64,000 bases of DNA from Octopus vulgaris (lineage: Eukaryota), in the NCBI GenBank assembly GCA_951406725.2, contig OX597830.1:6758001-6822000 (forward strand). The letters are read 5' to 3'. The stretch's first letter is position 1; every line of letters starts with the position of its first letter. This document shows, piece after piece, positions 42,009 through 56,982 of the stretch. The position numbers and the translations under genes were made by a program. The notes under the pieces are model-generated. The model did not search any database. It worked only from the letters and a program-made list of their open reading frames with translations, and was not told the origin of the DNA.

Positions 42009-42799
42009 ACTCGATGATAATATTTGATATTTTATGATATTTCATATAATATATTCATTAAAGTAATATCTCTTCAAAATATAATATATTAAACCAGTGT
42101 ATCTTGAGTAAATATACCTATAAGAGGTTAAAATACCCTTATTATGACAATATATATATACCCAATGAAATAGGCAAGGTAAATGTTCAAGTCATTGATA
42201 CCTGATATAAAGACAGTCGATGGTGAAATAACTAAAAGCGGATAGAGTAAGACTCTAAGAAAAATCTTCCTTAGTTTACGCACTCCAACATTTCCATGTT
42301 GCACAGTCTCTTAATATATATCCTTGCAACTCTGAGCTATAATGAAACGACCCTCACAATGTGACAATACCTGCTATTCGTACGATGTACATATTTGTTA
42401 TACGTCTGGTGTCTCTATAATATTTGGGCCCTCTAACATTTATTGGTATTTTCACCGTGTCTATGTGTATCCGTAGTTATTTTTATTTACTTAAGGCCAA
42501 CTTTTATTCGTGGGGTCCGTAGATTCAAAATGCTCAGAGATTCGATTCTCCTTGTCGTTATAAAAAAAAGGATCTGCAAGAAATGGTTAATTTGTTATTT
42601 TCCCGCGAGAACTGAACTCAACACTTCACGTTTAAAAATTACTTGAAAATACCAGCAGACAAGGGTGGAATGTATTCAATTCTTAGGAGCCTTGACAATC
42701 GCAAGCATATATTAATTTATTTAATTTATTAATCTCGAAATTGGACGATATGGGAAAATCTCGATACTTCATCACGTTTTGGGGCTGAGAATTGCAATG

Positions 42800-43145
42800 C
42801 GACCAGGTGGCAGATTCGCTAGTTCGTCGGCCCAAATGCTTAACGGCATTTCTTCTCTTCCAGTTGTTTACATTTTTGAGTTCAAATTCCACCGAAGTCG
42901 ACTTAGCTTTACATCCTTTTGTGGTCGATAAAATAAGTACCAGTTGAGCACTGGGGTTGATGTCATAGACCAAACCCTTCTCTCCATGTAATTGCTGGAC
43001 TTGAATGAAAACTTCAACCTCATTACTGAGAATTGTGAGGAGGCAGAATCATTAACGGCTCGAGCAAAATTTTCAGTGGAATATTTTCCAATCTTACATT
43101 CGGAGTTCAAATTTAGTCGAGGTCCACTTTACTTTCATCCTTTCG
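42800..43145 (+). mobile_element. Two diverged Meta-like SINE copies
   Basis: GAGTTCAAATTCCACCGAAGTCGACTTAGCTTTACATCC at ~42878, and a second decayed copy at ~43030-43145. Confidence 0.7.
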
Positions 43146-43234
43146 CAGCATTAACTTCCGTCCCCTCAAAATGGCTGACCTTATACAAAAACCATCTTTG
43201 AAAATTTTCTTACAAATATTTAGAAGGCGCAGAT

Positions 43235-44163
43235 CATCACAGGTGTACAACACCAAACAAATCTTCAATCTTCTAAATGGTGCAAAAGTCTTTGAAACAC
43301 AACTTCATCTGGAGCAGACGATTCACTCATTATTGCACGCTATCGAAACAGTTGACTACAAGAGGATTAACCGGCATTGCACTTCCTCACTCATCCTCAG
43401 ATGTTCTAGTTTATGACATCTCATCGGAGTTGCACATTTCCACTATATTCCATCAAATAGGAGCAGTTCTTGCTCTATTTGCAGGATTCAACCACTGCTA
43501 CACATTACTCACAGGTTTACCATTAAATCAAGAATACACCAAATGCCACTTTGATATAATATTTATTGGAGTTAAGGCGGCGAACTGGCAGAATCGTTAG
43601 CACGCCGGGCGAAATACGTTGTGAGTTCAAATTCCGCCGAGGTCGACTTTGTCTTTCATCCTTTCGGGGTCGATTAAATAAGTACCAGTTACGCACTGGA
43701 GTCGATGTAATCGACTTAATCCGTTTGTCTGTCCTTGTTTGTCCTCTCTGTGTTTAGCCCCTTGTGGGTGGTAAAGAAATAGGTATTTCGTCTGCCGTTA
43801 CGTTCTCAGTTCAAATTCCTCCGAGGTCGACTTTGCCTTTCATCCTTTCGGGGTTGATTAAATAAGTACCAGTTAAGCATTGGGGTCAATATAATCGACT
43901 TAATCCCTCTGTCTGTCCTTGTTTGTCTCCTCTATCTTTATCCCCCTGTGAATAATAAAGAAATTAATATTTATTAGAGTTAATATTACTTTCTGCCCTC
44001 AACATTTTTTAGGATTAGCAGGTATACCACGACGATATTCAAACTACCCAGATTCTTATACGAAACGAAATATACTTTCGTCTATAAGATCCCTTCTCTT
44101 ATTAATATCAATTATATTCTTTATATTCATCGTATGAGAAAGTTTAATTTTCCCAACGAACAG
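43235..44163 (+). pseudogene. cox1: NUMT of mitochondrial cytochrome c oxidase subunit I, interrupted by a SINE
   Basis: Left part GLTGIAL..SS.D...GAVLALFAGFNH..TGL.LN...KCHF..FIGV. Right part in the invertebrate mitochondrial code [34 protein letters not shown]...MFFMFIVWESLI. Confidence 0.93.
43576..43964 (+). mobile_element. Dimeric Meta-like SINE with 19-bp TSD
   Basis: Flanked by TAATATTTATTGGAGTTAA (43557-43575) and TAATATTTATTAGAGTTAA (43965-43983). Confidence 0.92.
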
Positions 44164-44547
44164 ATAACTGCTGTTTGTAAATTGTACCAGAATATGGTAC
44201 TTATTTACTGCTAGATGGTCGACTGTAGGGAGGATGGTCACATGTATTGAACATAGAGAAAACGATGACAGTGGTGGTGTCGATGATGATGATGGTGATG
44301 ATGATGATGAGGAGGAGGAGGATTATGACGAGAGATCTCCATCAGTGTTGAATTATTCCATAAGTGGCTGAATATCCCACAGACGCGCGTTCTCTCACCA
44401 TAACTCTAAGGTGAAATCAGAATACCACTCAGTGCGGCATGGCTGTAGGGCTTCTATACAGTTTCTCTCTTTCCACTTTCACTCACAAGGTATGGACATA
44501 GACACAATACACTGCAAATTTTTACTGCTAGGTGGTAAAAAAAAAAT

Positions 44548-44850
44548 GGTACTCCGTCGGTTACGACGACGTGTGTTCCACCCGATCAGTGGAACAGCCG
44601 TCTCGTGAAACTAACGTGCAACTGGCTGAATATTCTACGGACACGCGCACTCTTAATGCAGTTTTCAAAGAGATTCAGCCTGACACAAAATGTGGCACGG
44701 CTGGCCCCTTGAAATACAGGTACTACTCATTTTTGTCAGCTGAGTAGACTGTGGCAACGTGAAATAAAGTGACTCGCTCAAGTCACTTTATGAATCGAAC
44801 TCGCAACCTTAAGATTGTAAGCCAAACACCTGTAACCACTAAGCCACGAT
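44548..44850 (-). mobile_element. SINE, third family
   Basis: Homologous to 25568-25870. Confidence 0.8.
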
Positions 44851-45893
44851 CCATTGAGAGATAAACGTATTCACCGTAGTTATTTAATAGTGAGACATGC
44901 CGTAAGAAGGTAAAACTTATTTACGGGTGTATCGACTGGATGGTCGATAACGGAATGTGTTGCACATAACATAAATAATAGCAAGCTCGTTCAGACAAAA
45001 GCGAGTTTGATAAAAGCCTCCCTGGTACCTGTTCCGATACTTTTCGCTCTGAGTTCAAATCTCGTTTTCTTGCATCATAAACATCAACCCTTGAACGTTT
45101 CTGTATCGAATTCTAAGAGTCATACGTTTGGTTACTCGATTTCCATAGTGTACAAGAGATCGGGGTTACAACATTTCGCGCAGCCCGCTGAATGGGACGC
45201 CAGTCCGTTACAGGTTTTACACATTCGCAGCTGGTTGATAGTAGCAACGTAATTTTTACGTTTTGCTCAAAAACAGAATGCACATCCCGGTCTGCGAATC
45301 GAAACCACAACTTTGCAACAAGAAATCAGTAAACTAAGCGCTAAACCGGGACGGACGATTTGTGGAACTGTGAGGAAATCGGGAAAAATTCCCTGCAGTA
45401 TATTTTCTGATTTTATGTTTTCTGACTGCAACGCCTACGATGAGATAAGGTGCCAAGTTGTAACGGCCTCAGTCGGCGGCCTTTCTCTGGAATAAAGATC
45501 AGGGCCAAAGAGGAACCATAGAAATTGGAGCAGCACCAGCCTTCTTCAAAAACAATCTCATTCGGGCTTACACATAAATGTGTACCTGACGGAGCTGTCT
45601 CCCCCAATGGAGGCCTTGTTTATAACACGATATAGACATCTACTACAAAATGCCGAAGAGAAGATATGAACGGGTGACCTGTCGATCAAGTCGTTGCCCG
45701 CTGGTCCACTGTTCTAAAAACAAACATATATAACCAGTAAAAAAAGAAGATAACTAAAAAGGCTTTTATTGAATGCCTCTGATAGTTCACACACACATAT
45801 ATCACTCACAAGATATGGGTGGGTATGTGTGTGTGTGTATGTGTGTACTACTTATAAGGTATGGACAGATATATTGTGTGTATATACATATAT

Positions 45894-45972
<79 letters not shown>

Positions 45973-46006
45973 GTGTGTGTGTGTGTGATATATATATGAT
46001 ATATTG

Positions 46007-46039
<33 letters not shown>

Positions 46040-46068
46040 TGTGTGTGTGTGTGTGATATATATGATAT

Positions 46069-46142
<74 letters not shown>

Positions 46143-46993
46143 TGTATATATATGTATATATACATACATATATATACATATATATATGACATTATATAGA
46201 TACACAACATATACATATATATAATACATTATTATTATTATATATATATATACATTTATATATGTATATATATATATAAATGTATGTATGTATTTATATA
46301 TGCATATATTACATACATATATACACATATATGTATGTATATGATATATGATATACGATATATAATATATGATATATGAGAACCAAAACACAGCAAAACT
46401 AGGAGGAATCATAAAACAAAAAAAATTGTATAATGAGAGCAAATTGGCCCAGGATATTGAGAGTTGAGAGGTGGGTAAGAAAGCAATTTTCACGAAAGCT
46501 AAAAGCAAAGCTATCCCAAGCCATGTTTGGCAATGGAAAAAGAGGCTGGCACGTCTATGTGCGACTCTTGTAATAATAACCATTAATTTCTTAGGTGATA
46601 ATTGATCTTAATGTAAGCAGTTATAGGCCGCAATGAAACAAAAGCTGATCATTCTTCTGTGATCTTTTATATATTTATGTGACACCGTACTTTCAATTTT
46701 AGGGTCTCTAACAAACAAAATTCCGAATGAACATAACGAACTGACGTTCTCGTTTATTAAGTGCCGTATAAGCAGGACGCTTGTTAATCGAAGCGGTGGA
46801 GTTGCAGCGTGGCGGTAACGTGGTGGGGGTGGTTGAACTGATGGTAGTAGAGGTGGTGGTGGAGGCGGTGGTGGTGGTGAAGGCTGTGGTGGCGGTGGTT
46901 GCGATGATGGTGGTGGTGCCGGTGGTGAAAATGCTATGTGTAAGAGAGATATAATATTAAGGGTGTATATCTTCATTTTGTTATAGATGTTTC

Positions 46994-47032
<39 letters not shown>

Positions 47033-47043
47033 CATATATATAC

Positions 47044-47101
<58 letters not shown>

Positions 47102-47271
47102 ATATATATACAATATATTTATATATACAAATACATATATATACATACATGAATCTATATTTCTATATATAGTGTATATATATGTATATATACAAATATA
47201 TAAATATTCATATACATATATATATATACGCATGTATATATAAATATATATACATATATCTATATATATAC

Positions 47272-47302
<31 letters not shown>

Positions 47303-47370
47303 CAAAGGTATATATGGATATTTATGATTGTATACACACACGCATATACATATATACATATATATATACA

Positions 47371-47402
<32 letters not shown>

Positions 47403-48361
47403 CATATATATATAAATATATATATATATGTATATATATATGTATGTATGTATGTATATATAGATATATATATGTATGTATGTATGCATGTGAGTACGTG
47501 AAGACAGATAGATTCATACATACATACATACATACATACATACATACATACATACAAACACAGATACATACACAGAGAAGGAAAGAGAGAAAAAAGTGCT
47601 GAGATACGATAGGGTGGGGGTGCAGGTGGGGTACGGAGTGGGGGTAGTCCACCAGAGTTTCGAAACTTCCTGATTGTTCGCGTTTATTTCATGTAATTTG
47701 TTACTTCAGATCTTTCTCTTGTGCGTGTGTGTGTGTGTGTGTGTGAATACGTGCATATGTGTGCGTGTGTATATGCATGCTCGTGAATGTGTGTGTATGG
47801 ATGTGACAGTGCGTTCATACACATTCGTTTACACAATATATAGGCGGAGAAAATTTACACACAGGAATACACATATGGAATTACCCTAATTCATACATAC
47901 ACAAACAGCACACACACACACACAAACAACACACTCATACACACACATACATACTCACTCACTCACTCACTCTCTCTCTCTCTTTCTCTCTCTCTTCCTG
48001 TATATATATATATATATATATACATATATATTATATATAGGAGTGAGTGTAATAAATATAGCATTGTGTATATATATATATATATATATCTACACACACA
48101 CCTATATATGTATATGCACACACACACACATATATATATATATATGGTCTATTCTATATAGATAATTTATAACATATATACACATTGTATATAGTATATA
48201 AATGTATATCAATATAGTGTAATGTATGTAATATATGAAATACATACGCACAAGCACGCACATAAATAAATAAGTATAAATAAGTATATATAAGTATATA
48301 TATATACATATATATATGTATATATATATATACATATATACATATATATATATATACATAC

Positions 48362-48418
<57 letters not shown>

Positions 48419-48531
48419 CACACACATATATATATATATATATGCATACGTAGGTATATATATGAAAGAATTTCTATATCTGCGTGAATATATATGTATG
48501 TGTCTGTATTAACCTTTCTTTTATACTTCTT

Positions 48532-48567
<36 letters not shown>

Positions 48568-48901
48568 CACTCACACAAAGTCACACGATAGTTATCAAAA
48601 CTTTGACTGATTGAAGGCGCTATAATTGAATTAAACAAAGCAATGGAGAATCTAGATTGAAACCTCTGGCACCCAGAATTAACATGGCGGCTGAGACACG
48701 TGTCAGAGGTCAGGCCTCAATGTTTCAAATCACAACTGTTTATTTCTGTTTTCTAACGGCACCAGAGAGGCAAAATGTTGTACACTTCCGCTAATGTACA
48801 CATGTATCTACATAAATGAATATTTCTAGTTATGATTGTATGTATGTTTGTGTATGTATGTATGTATGTATGTATGAATGTATGTATGTATGTATGTGTA
48901 A

Positions 48902-48949
<48 letters not shown>

Positions 48950-49137
48950 TACTATGCATATGTGCGTTTATAAACATGAATGTGTGTGTGTGTTTACACA
49001 TACATATATATGCATATATGTTTGAATATGTTTACATGTACTAGTATATATATACCTATGTATTTATCCAACAATGAATATAGAGAGAATAGGCATACAG
49101 ATAAGCTGGAGTGAGGGTATGTAGTTACTTCATTAGG

Positions 49138-49203
<66 letters not shown>

Positions 49204-49734
49204 TAGTAAAAAAAACAGATCAACAGATCACTGGGAACTAATTGTTGCTTTCTCTTGCAAAAATTATTCAGTGAATTTATAAATTTAAATGCGATTGTCC
49301 TTTCTCTCACAAATGAAAGATCACGATCGAAATTCGCGTTCTTCTCTTCTCCCGGGGGCATTCAGAGTTAACTAAACGTTCAAAGTTCACCACATTTGTC
49401 ACTCTGTCTTTCTGTCTTTCTGTCTTTCTGTCTCCTTATTCTTTCAGATATATCTATACGTGTGTATATATGTATACATGTGTGTGTGTGTGTGTGTGTG
49501 CACCTTGAATAAAATATTTTATTATGTCCGAGCCTTAACAATCGTTACCTGATTTTTCTATTTCGTTTTCAAATAATCAGTTTGATTTTCATAAAATATT
49601 CAAATTATCCCTCCGATTTCATTGGCTGTTTGGTAGCTTGCTTGATTTATACACCAGAATAATCTGCACATGGCTGCTGTAAGGTATTACAGATATATAC
49701 CAACAAATTTCTGATTATTATTTCATATAAATAT

Positions 49735-49787
<53 letters not shown>

Positions 49788-49889
49788 CATATACACATAT
49801 ACATAAAATATAAATTAGAGATAAAACCGCTATTATGCAACTCAAACAGTGATAGACATAAACTAAAATATAAATAACAAATATTATAT

Positions 49890-49964
<75 letters not shown>

Positions 49965-49965
<1 letters not shown>

Positions 49966-50070
49966 AAAACACCAGGACTTACAAACACATATACAGAAAA
50001 TTGCACTACTAGGCACTGCACACATCCTACGCAAAACACTTTCCATACAATAACCATCAGAGCATCACAA
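49965..50070 (+). mobile_element. Short Dong/R4-like fragment
   Basis: Matches ~50912-51022 with a small deletion; embedded in (TAA)n. Confidence 0.8.
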
Positions 50071-50104
50071 TAATAATAATGATAATAATAATAATAATAA
50101 TAAT

Positions 50105-50712
50105 CGGCATTACAATATCAAAACTGCCGACAAGTGGTATAATCACCACCCTGAGGCTGTAACTGAAGGAGAAAATGTAACCATTCTGTGGGACTTTCCA
50201 GTACATACAGACCGAACCATCAAGGCCAATAAACCAGATATTGTTGTGAAAGACCAAAACAATAAAGTTTGCTTATTGATCGACATGAGTATCCCCTGTG
50301 ATCATAATATCTCAGCGAAAGAGTTTGACAAGCTCAGAAAATATAAAGACCTACTCATTGAAATTGAGAAAATGTGGCATCTCAAGGCGGTTACAATACC
50401 AGTGATCGTAGGAGCACTAGGAATGATCAAGAAGGGAACCGAAAATTATATGAGAATGATCCCTGGCTTACCATCTCTGCAAGAAGTGCAAAAGATTGTC
50501 TTAACTGGTACATCACACGTATTGAGAAGAGCATTGTCGATGTGAGAACTGTTGCTGCTCATGTATTTTAATTTAAAAAAAAAAAAAAAAAAATGAACGA
50601 TCTACTGAGTTTGGTTTAATGGCCTACCAATGTATACTATGAGTTTCTTTGCCCTAGGAGTCGGGAAGACACTCGGAAAGAAATGGAAGCAAATTTGAAA
50701 GAAGAAAAAAAA
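50105..50712 (+). mobile_element. 3' end of a second Dong/R4-like family with restriction-like endonuclease
   Basis: Open frame KWYNHHPE..TILWDFPVHTDRTIKANKPDIVVKD...LLIDMSIP...KLRKYKDL (PD-(D/E)xK-type motif) to stop at 50545, then 3' UTR; TAA repeats on both sides. Confidence 0.88.
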
Positions 50713-50713
50713 C

Positions 50714-50750
<37 letters not shown>

Positions 50751-50751
<1 letters not shown>

Positions 50752-51105
50752 CGGCAGATGACAACGTGTCTCTAAATGAAATGGAGAAACTTTCAAAATA
50801 CAAAGACCTGGAAATAGAGGTAACTAGAATGTGGAATCTAAAAACAGAAACAATTCCTCTTATTGTAGGTGCATTAGGCATGATAAAAAAATATTCAGAC
50901 AAATACATACCAAAAACACCAGGACTTACAAACACATATAACATACAGAAAATTGCACTACTAGGCACTGCACACATCCTACGCAGAACACTTTCCATAC
51001 AATAAGCATCAGAGCATCACAACAAATCACAGCACATACCCAAGGCACACAGAGCTACGCTCAGTAGTGAAGTGAAAGCACGCTATAAAAATAAAACTAC
51101 TGAAT
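50751..51105 (+). mobile_element. 3' end of a Dong/R4-like element, near-identical to 21459-21818
   Basis: 79-aa ORF differs at three residues from the 21558-21797 ORF; TAA flanks. Confidence 0.88.
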
Positions 51106-51337
51106 AACAATAATAATAATAATATTTGTTATTTTTGTATTGGTTTATGTCTGTCTCTGTTTGAGTTGCATAATAGTGGTTGTATCTCTAATTTATATTT
51201 TATATATTTATATTGTGAAATTTGATTTCATACTAAACTGCTTTGACCATTTCATCAGACAGCCCGAATTTTACAGTTACTACCAAACAGCCTTTATTCA
51301 GCGGCATGGAATTCTTCTTCAAATAACATTTGAGACA

Positions 51338-51514
<177 letters not shown>

Positions 51515-51632
51515 TAGTAAAAAGTGAAAAAACTACAGAAGGCTTGTTTTAAAAGGTTAAAAAATATATATTTTTGAGTCAATATGTCTGAAGAATATTA
51601 AAATTTTTTTGTTACAATGACATAGTTTAGAA

Positions 51633-52818
51633 GAAAGACCGGTTTCGCGTTTAGCTTTTCAAATTTCTTACGTCGTTATGTTTATGTTGAGCCGAGTTAT
51701 CGTTATGTTTATGTTGAAAAGAGTTCTAAATAAGGGGAGGTAATGAGTGATTTCTTCCGGTGTAAGGGAGATAATCGCTTAAAATTTTTTGCCTTTCCCT
51801 TGGTGTGAATTTCTCTGTATCAGTATGTTGGAATGGTTAAGTCTGGGCTTGTACTTTTCAATGAAGAATGTTTCCTTGTTTAGTCTAATTTGTGTTAATG
51901 ATCCGATAGCACATTGGTAAAATGGAAAGATTAAAAATTGTGGTAGTAGTTGCTTTGCGCATTTCTCAATGTGCTCACTAAAAGGTATCATTCTGTATTC
52001 TGGGAATGCAATCTGTTGTCGATGCAGTGTGCATCTACGTCTGAGTGATAGTCCCGTGGATCCCACGTAGTCTTGGTGGCAGCCCGAGCATTTTATGACA
52101 TAAATTATGTTTTCAGAGGCACAAGTAAAGTTAGATTTGATCTTGAATTTCTGTCCCTCTTTGAAGAGGAATTCTGATCCTTCTAGCAGGTTTGGACATG
52201 TTGCACAGTTCGATCTACCACATTTTTTTACTTTTGCATCCGTAATATCAGAAGACAATTTTGCCTTTGTGAGAATGTTTTTAAGTGATTTAGGTTGTTT
52301 GTAGCTTTTAATGATTTGGTGTATGTTTAGAATTTCCTTTAATTTGGGGTCCTTATGAAGTATTGGTAAATTCTGGGTGATGATGGTGAAGGCTTCTTTG
52401 TTTCTGGGGTTGTATGTAGATATGTAAGGTAGTATTTTCGGGGAAGGTGTGTTGTTGTGTTGAACTTTTCTTAAAGTTTCTATGTTGATTTCTGTTGCAC
52501 GTCTGATCCCATCCTCTATGAGTTGAGCTGGGTAATGTCTGTCAATTAGGGTGTTTTTTGAGTTCTTGCAGTTTAAAGTTCCTGGTATTTTGTTCTGACA
52601 CTATTGTGCATATCCTTCTTGCAAGGTTGAAGGGGATGTTTGTTTTAGTGTGTCTTGGGTGGCATGAATTAAAAAGAAGGTATTGTTTGGCGTCTGTGGC
52701 TTTGTAAAAAAGGTCTGTTTCTAGTTTAATGTTTATTTTTTTTAATTAGCATATCCAAGAACGGGAGCTCCTTTTGGTTGTATTCCATTGTGAACTGTAT
52801 ATTTGGGTTTATGTTGTT
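51633..52818 (-). mobile_element. 5'-truncated Penelope-like element (RT C-terminus, GIY-YIG endonuclease, 3' region)
   Basis: NPNIQFTME...LPFLD...YKATDAKQYLLFNSCHP (RT), C..NCATC (linker), NIIYVIKCSGC..DYVGSTG..LRRR (GIY-YIG). Degenerate hammerhead-like motif at 51633-51667. Confidence 0.93.
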
Positions 52819-52992
52819 CAATAAAAACCTATTGAACCTATGTGCTTGTAAACGTTAAGAATTGAAAGCGCTTGCACATCTCTAAAAGCCGACACACATT
52901 TTGTGAAATCTCTTCCCAAAGAATAGTGTCTTTCGACTTTCAAACAGGGTTCTTTACTCAATCTTAACTCTTTGAGAAAATCTTCTCTCCAA

Positions 52993-53036
<44 letters not shown>

Positions 53037-53038
<2 letters not shown>

Positions 53039-53383
53039 CGCTCCATCGGTTACGACGACATGGGTTCCACTTGATCCGATCAACGGAACAGCCTGTTTGT
53101 GAAATTAACGTGCAAGTGGCTGAGCACTCCACAGACACGTGTACCTTCAACGTAATTCTCGGGGAGGTTCAGTGCGACACAGTGTGTGGCAAGGCTGACC
53201 CTCTTGAGTTACGTGTACAGTAGAAACAGGAAAAAAAGAGTTCGAGAAAATTGTGGTGAAAGAGTACAGCAAGGATCTCCACCACCCCTGCCGGAGCCTC
53301 ATGGAGCTTCATGTGTTTTCGCTCAATAAACACTCACAACGCCCGATCTGGGAATCGAAAAACCACTGGGACACTGCGCCTCC

Positions 53384-53385
<2 letters not shown>
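53037..53385 (-). mobile_element. SINE with the head of the 13015 family and the body of the 25568 family
   Basis: Right end is the reverse complement of TGGAGGCGCA...CGATTCCCAGA..GGGCGTTGTGAGTGTTTATTGAGCGAAAACAC; left part matches 25568 and 44548. Confidence 0.8.
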
Positions 53386-53439
<54 letters not shown>

Positions 53440-53466
<27 letters not shown>

Positions 53467-53517
53467 TGGACGTGTGCCTCTCTGTGCAAGTATGTATGTC
53501 TATGTACATATATACAT

Positions 53518-53584
<67 letters not shown>

Positions 53585-53680
53585 TATGGACGTGTGCCTT
53601 TCTGTGCAGGTATGTATGTCTATGTACATATATACATACACACACACACATACACATACATATATATATATATATATGCG
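53440..53680. repeat. ~120-bp tandem duplication
   Basis: ATGGACGTGTGCCT.TCTGTGCA.GTATGTATGTCTATGTACA occurs at ~53466 and ~53586. Confidence 0.85.
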
Positions 53681-54166
53681 TGCACGTTTGTGTTTGTCTG
53701 CATGCTTTTTAATGACAGCTCATTAACTTGGACGAGACAGACACATAACCAGCACTAACCAAGAATGGAAACCGTGTTACAGAGTTTTAGTGTTATCTTA
53801 CGAACAGTTTACCGCTTGTCTTCACAGAAGTTCTGCAAAGTCCGTTATCACTTTCATAAGTTAATGAAGTAAAGCATTGGCAAAGCTACGGTCAGAGACA
53901 TCGTGGATCAAAAAGACGGTAAATGTCTCGCTAACGAAACGTCATAACCATTTCGATTAACGCCCATTATAGAGAGAGATAGAGAGAAGACCGTGAGGTA
54001 AAGGGAGAGGGAGATTGAGAGAGATCTCCATGGATTCATCTGCCATTGTATTGTACATATTGTATCAGTGCATATGAACTGTGTGCAAGTGTATATCTTC
54101 TTAGCAATTGTGTGTGTATATGTGCATATATATATATATATATATACACACTCATATATATATATT

Positions 54167-54230
<64 letters not shown>

Positions 54231-54344
54231 TGCAGCGATGAGGTGGGTTTACGAATAGCAAGCTCATATGAGACGATCAAAGCGAAATGTGGACCCACCC
54301 ACTTCGTCTTTTTCTCTGAACATGATGCAGGCTATCTATCTGTA

Positions 54345-54389
<45 letters not shown>

Positions 54390-54402
54390 GTCTGTCTGTC
54401 TA

Positions 54403-54437
<35 letters not shown>

Positions 54438-54604
54438 GTCTGTCTGTCTATCTATCTGTCTGTCTGTCTGTCTATCTGTCTGTCTACCTAGCTCTCACTC
54501 ACCTTCTCTCTTACTCCCTCTCTCTTATGTACATACGTGTCAACATATACGCATACATATATATAGGTACAAATGTATACACGAATTCGCACAAGCACAT
54601 TTAT

Positions 54605-54667
<63 letters not shown>

Positions 54668-54877
54668 GCGCTGTCCTCTCTCTCACTCCACCTCTTCCTC
54701 CTCGCACGTACACAAACGCTCTTTCTCTCTTTCTGTCTCTCACCTATAACTCCCACCCTCACTCACTCCAACACAGAAAATAATTACAATCGCTTTGTGT
54801 GATCGTGTAATGTTAATGATACTCTTCTAATCACATCCATTGTTTTATAGGCGACGTCGGTGGTGGAGCTGAGACCG

Positions 54878-54941
<64 letters not shown>

Positions 54942-55090
54942 CAGCAGCAGCAGTAGTAGTAGTAGTAGTGATGGTGCTCATAGTAGTAATAATGCTAGTA
55001 GTAGTAGTGGTGGTGGTGGTAGTGGTGGTGGTTGTGATGGTGGTGGTAGTAGTAGTAGCAGTAGTGGTAATACTGTTGTTGGTAGTAGTA

Positions 55091-55133
<43 letters not shown>

Positions 55134-55633
55134 CTGTGCTGGTGACAGTGGTGGCGCTGCTTCAAGTATCTTGCCATTGTAATCATGATACCATTGTTGT
55201 TTTTTTTCTTGTTCGTTAGCCCAAGGTCATCCGTTATCCATCAACCCTATGATCAACGAAAATCCAGCCGTGACGACTTCCACCTATTTCCCATGTTCCT
55301 CTCAAAAATTGCTATGATGATATTCACTCATAAGACTTCAGGTAAGAATTTCAGGAGGATTAGACTGCTCTTTCTAACATGCTAAGCAAGCACCACTCGT
55401 TGGCCTGGTGTTGGTAATAGAGGTGTGATAATGTGTGGTTGGCGATAATATTGGTTTCTCGATATTGCAGGAGGGCGGTGTGCTGATAAAGTTCATTTGT
55501 TAGAAGGATGATAATATGGAGTGATTACGGAGACATTTGTGATGGTGGTGATTGTCGTGGTGGTGGTGGGGTCGATATATTTATGTTGTCGTTGGTGTTG
55601 GAGGCAATGGTACTAGTAATAGCCTTAGAGATG

Positions 55634-55709
<76 letters not shown>

Positions 55710-56053
55710 TACATATATATATATGTATATATGTATATATGTATATATATATGTATATAACGGGAACCTTTACGAAAATAAACAAAAGACGAAGGCAGGT
55801 GGAGTACAAACAAACAATTGTATTAGTATGGCGCTCAGGAAGAGAAATAAAACAAGTCTTTTACGTTTTGAGCCTACGCTCTTCAACAGAAAGATACACA
55901 GAAAAGAAACACGGAGAAAAACAAGGAGAGAAAAAAATGCGTGTAGGAGCTAACGATTCAACATGGCGGTGTGATTTCAGCCAGAAGTCAGAGATCAGAG
56001 GTGAGACGCAAGAGGGATAGTAGGGGAGATAACAGGGTCAAATGACTTCGCCC

Positions 56054-56120
<67 letters not shown>

Positions 56121-56927
56121 TGCTACTAATATAGGATGAATTTTTTTTTACAGAAAAAATTTCATCAAAAAGTGACAGCATATTGAAGTACCTTTAAAGG
56201 TTAAAATTATAAACAACACTTTCAGTGAGTATATAATGATAAGTGGAAATTGACGATTTAAAAGTCTGTCCTCAGCATATTGGCATGGAAATTATTTTCT
56301 TTTACCCATGTTTATATGTTGTATATATATATATACACATATAAGAAGTATTTCGTGCGTATGTGTGTGTGTGTGTGTTTGTGTGTGTATCTGTGTGTGT
56401 GGTGTGTGAAAATTTAAGATTATACCTTTTTGTTCACTATGAAGGTTTGACCAGAAACAGTAATAACCTCATTACTAGCCATACCAACGGCGACAACACT
56501 CGAAACTGTTGTGACGGCATGTCAAAGAGAGTAGCAGAAAAACCGTCAACGATTTCACAAATTCACCAGCGGGACGGAAGAATGCATTGCTATTTCTACC
56601 GCTCCAGCAGCAACACACTGTATTAGCACCAACAGAACCACTGCTTCCACGCTAGTAATAATCAATGATTGCCCCAGCAGCAACAAAGGTAATAACAGCA
56701 GTGGGAGCGCGGCACGATGCCGCTCATTCGATGGTATTGCAAAAATATTTTATTTAATATCATTGGATAAATCTCGTCATCATGGTAGAGCAAGCGTAGC
56801 AAGCCCTGCTTCGCAACCGCATTGCTCCGGGTTCAGTGCCACTGCGTGACGCTTTGGGCAGGTGTCTTCTACTATAGCCTCGGACCTTGTGAGTGGATTT
56901 TTAGACAGAAAGTGAAAGGAGCCTGTC

Positions 56928-56982
<55 letters not shown>

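Noticed and set aside
43277-43600. 107-aa ORF as a functional nuclear gene
   Set aside because: It is a frameshifted cox1 NUMT running into a SINE.
46780-46930. Proline-rich ORF (also 39600-39700)
   Set aside because: Degenerate (GGT)n microsatellite with no splice or domain support.
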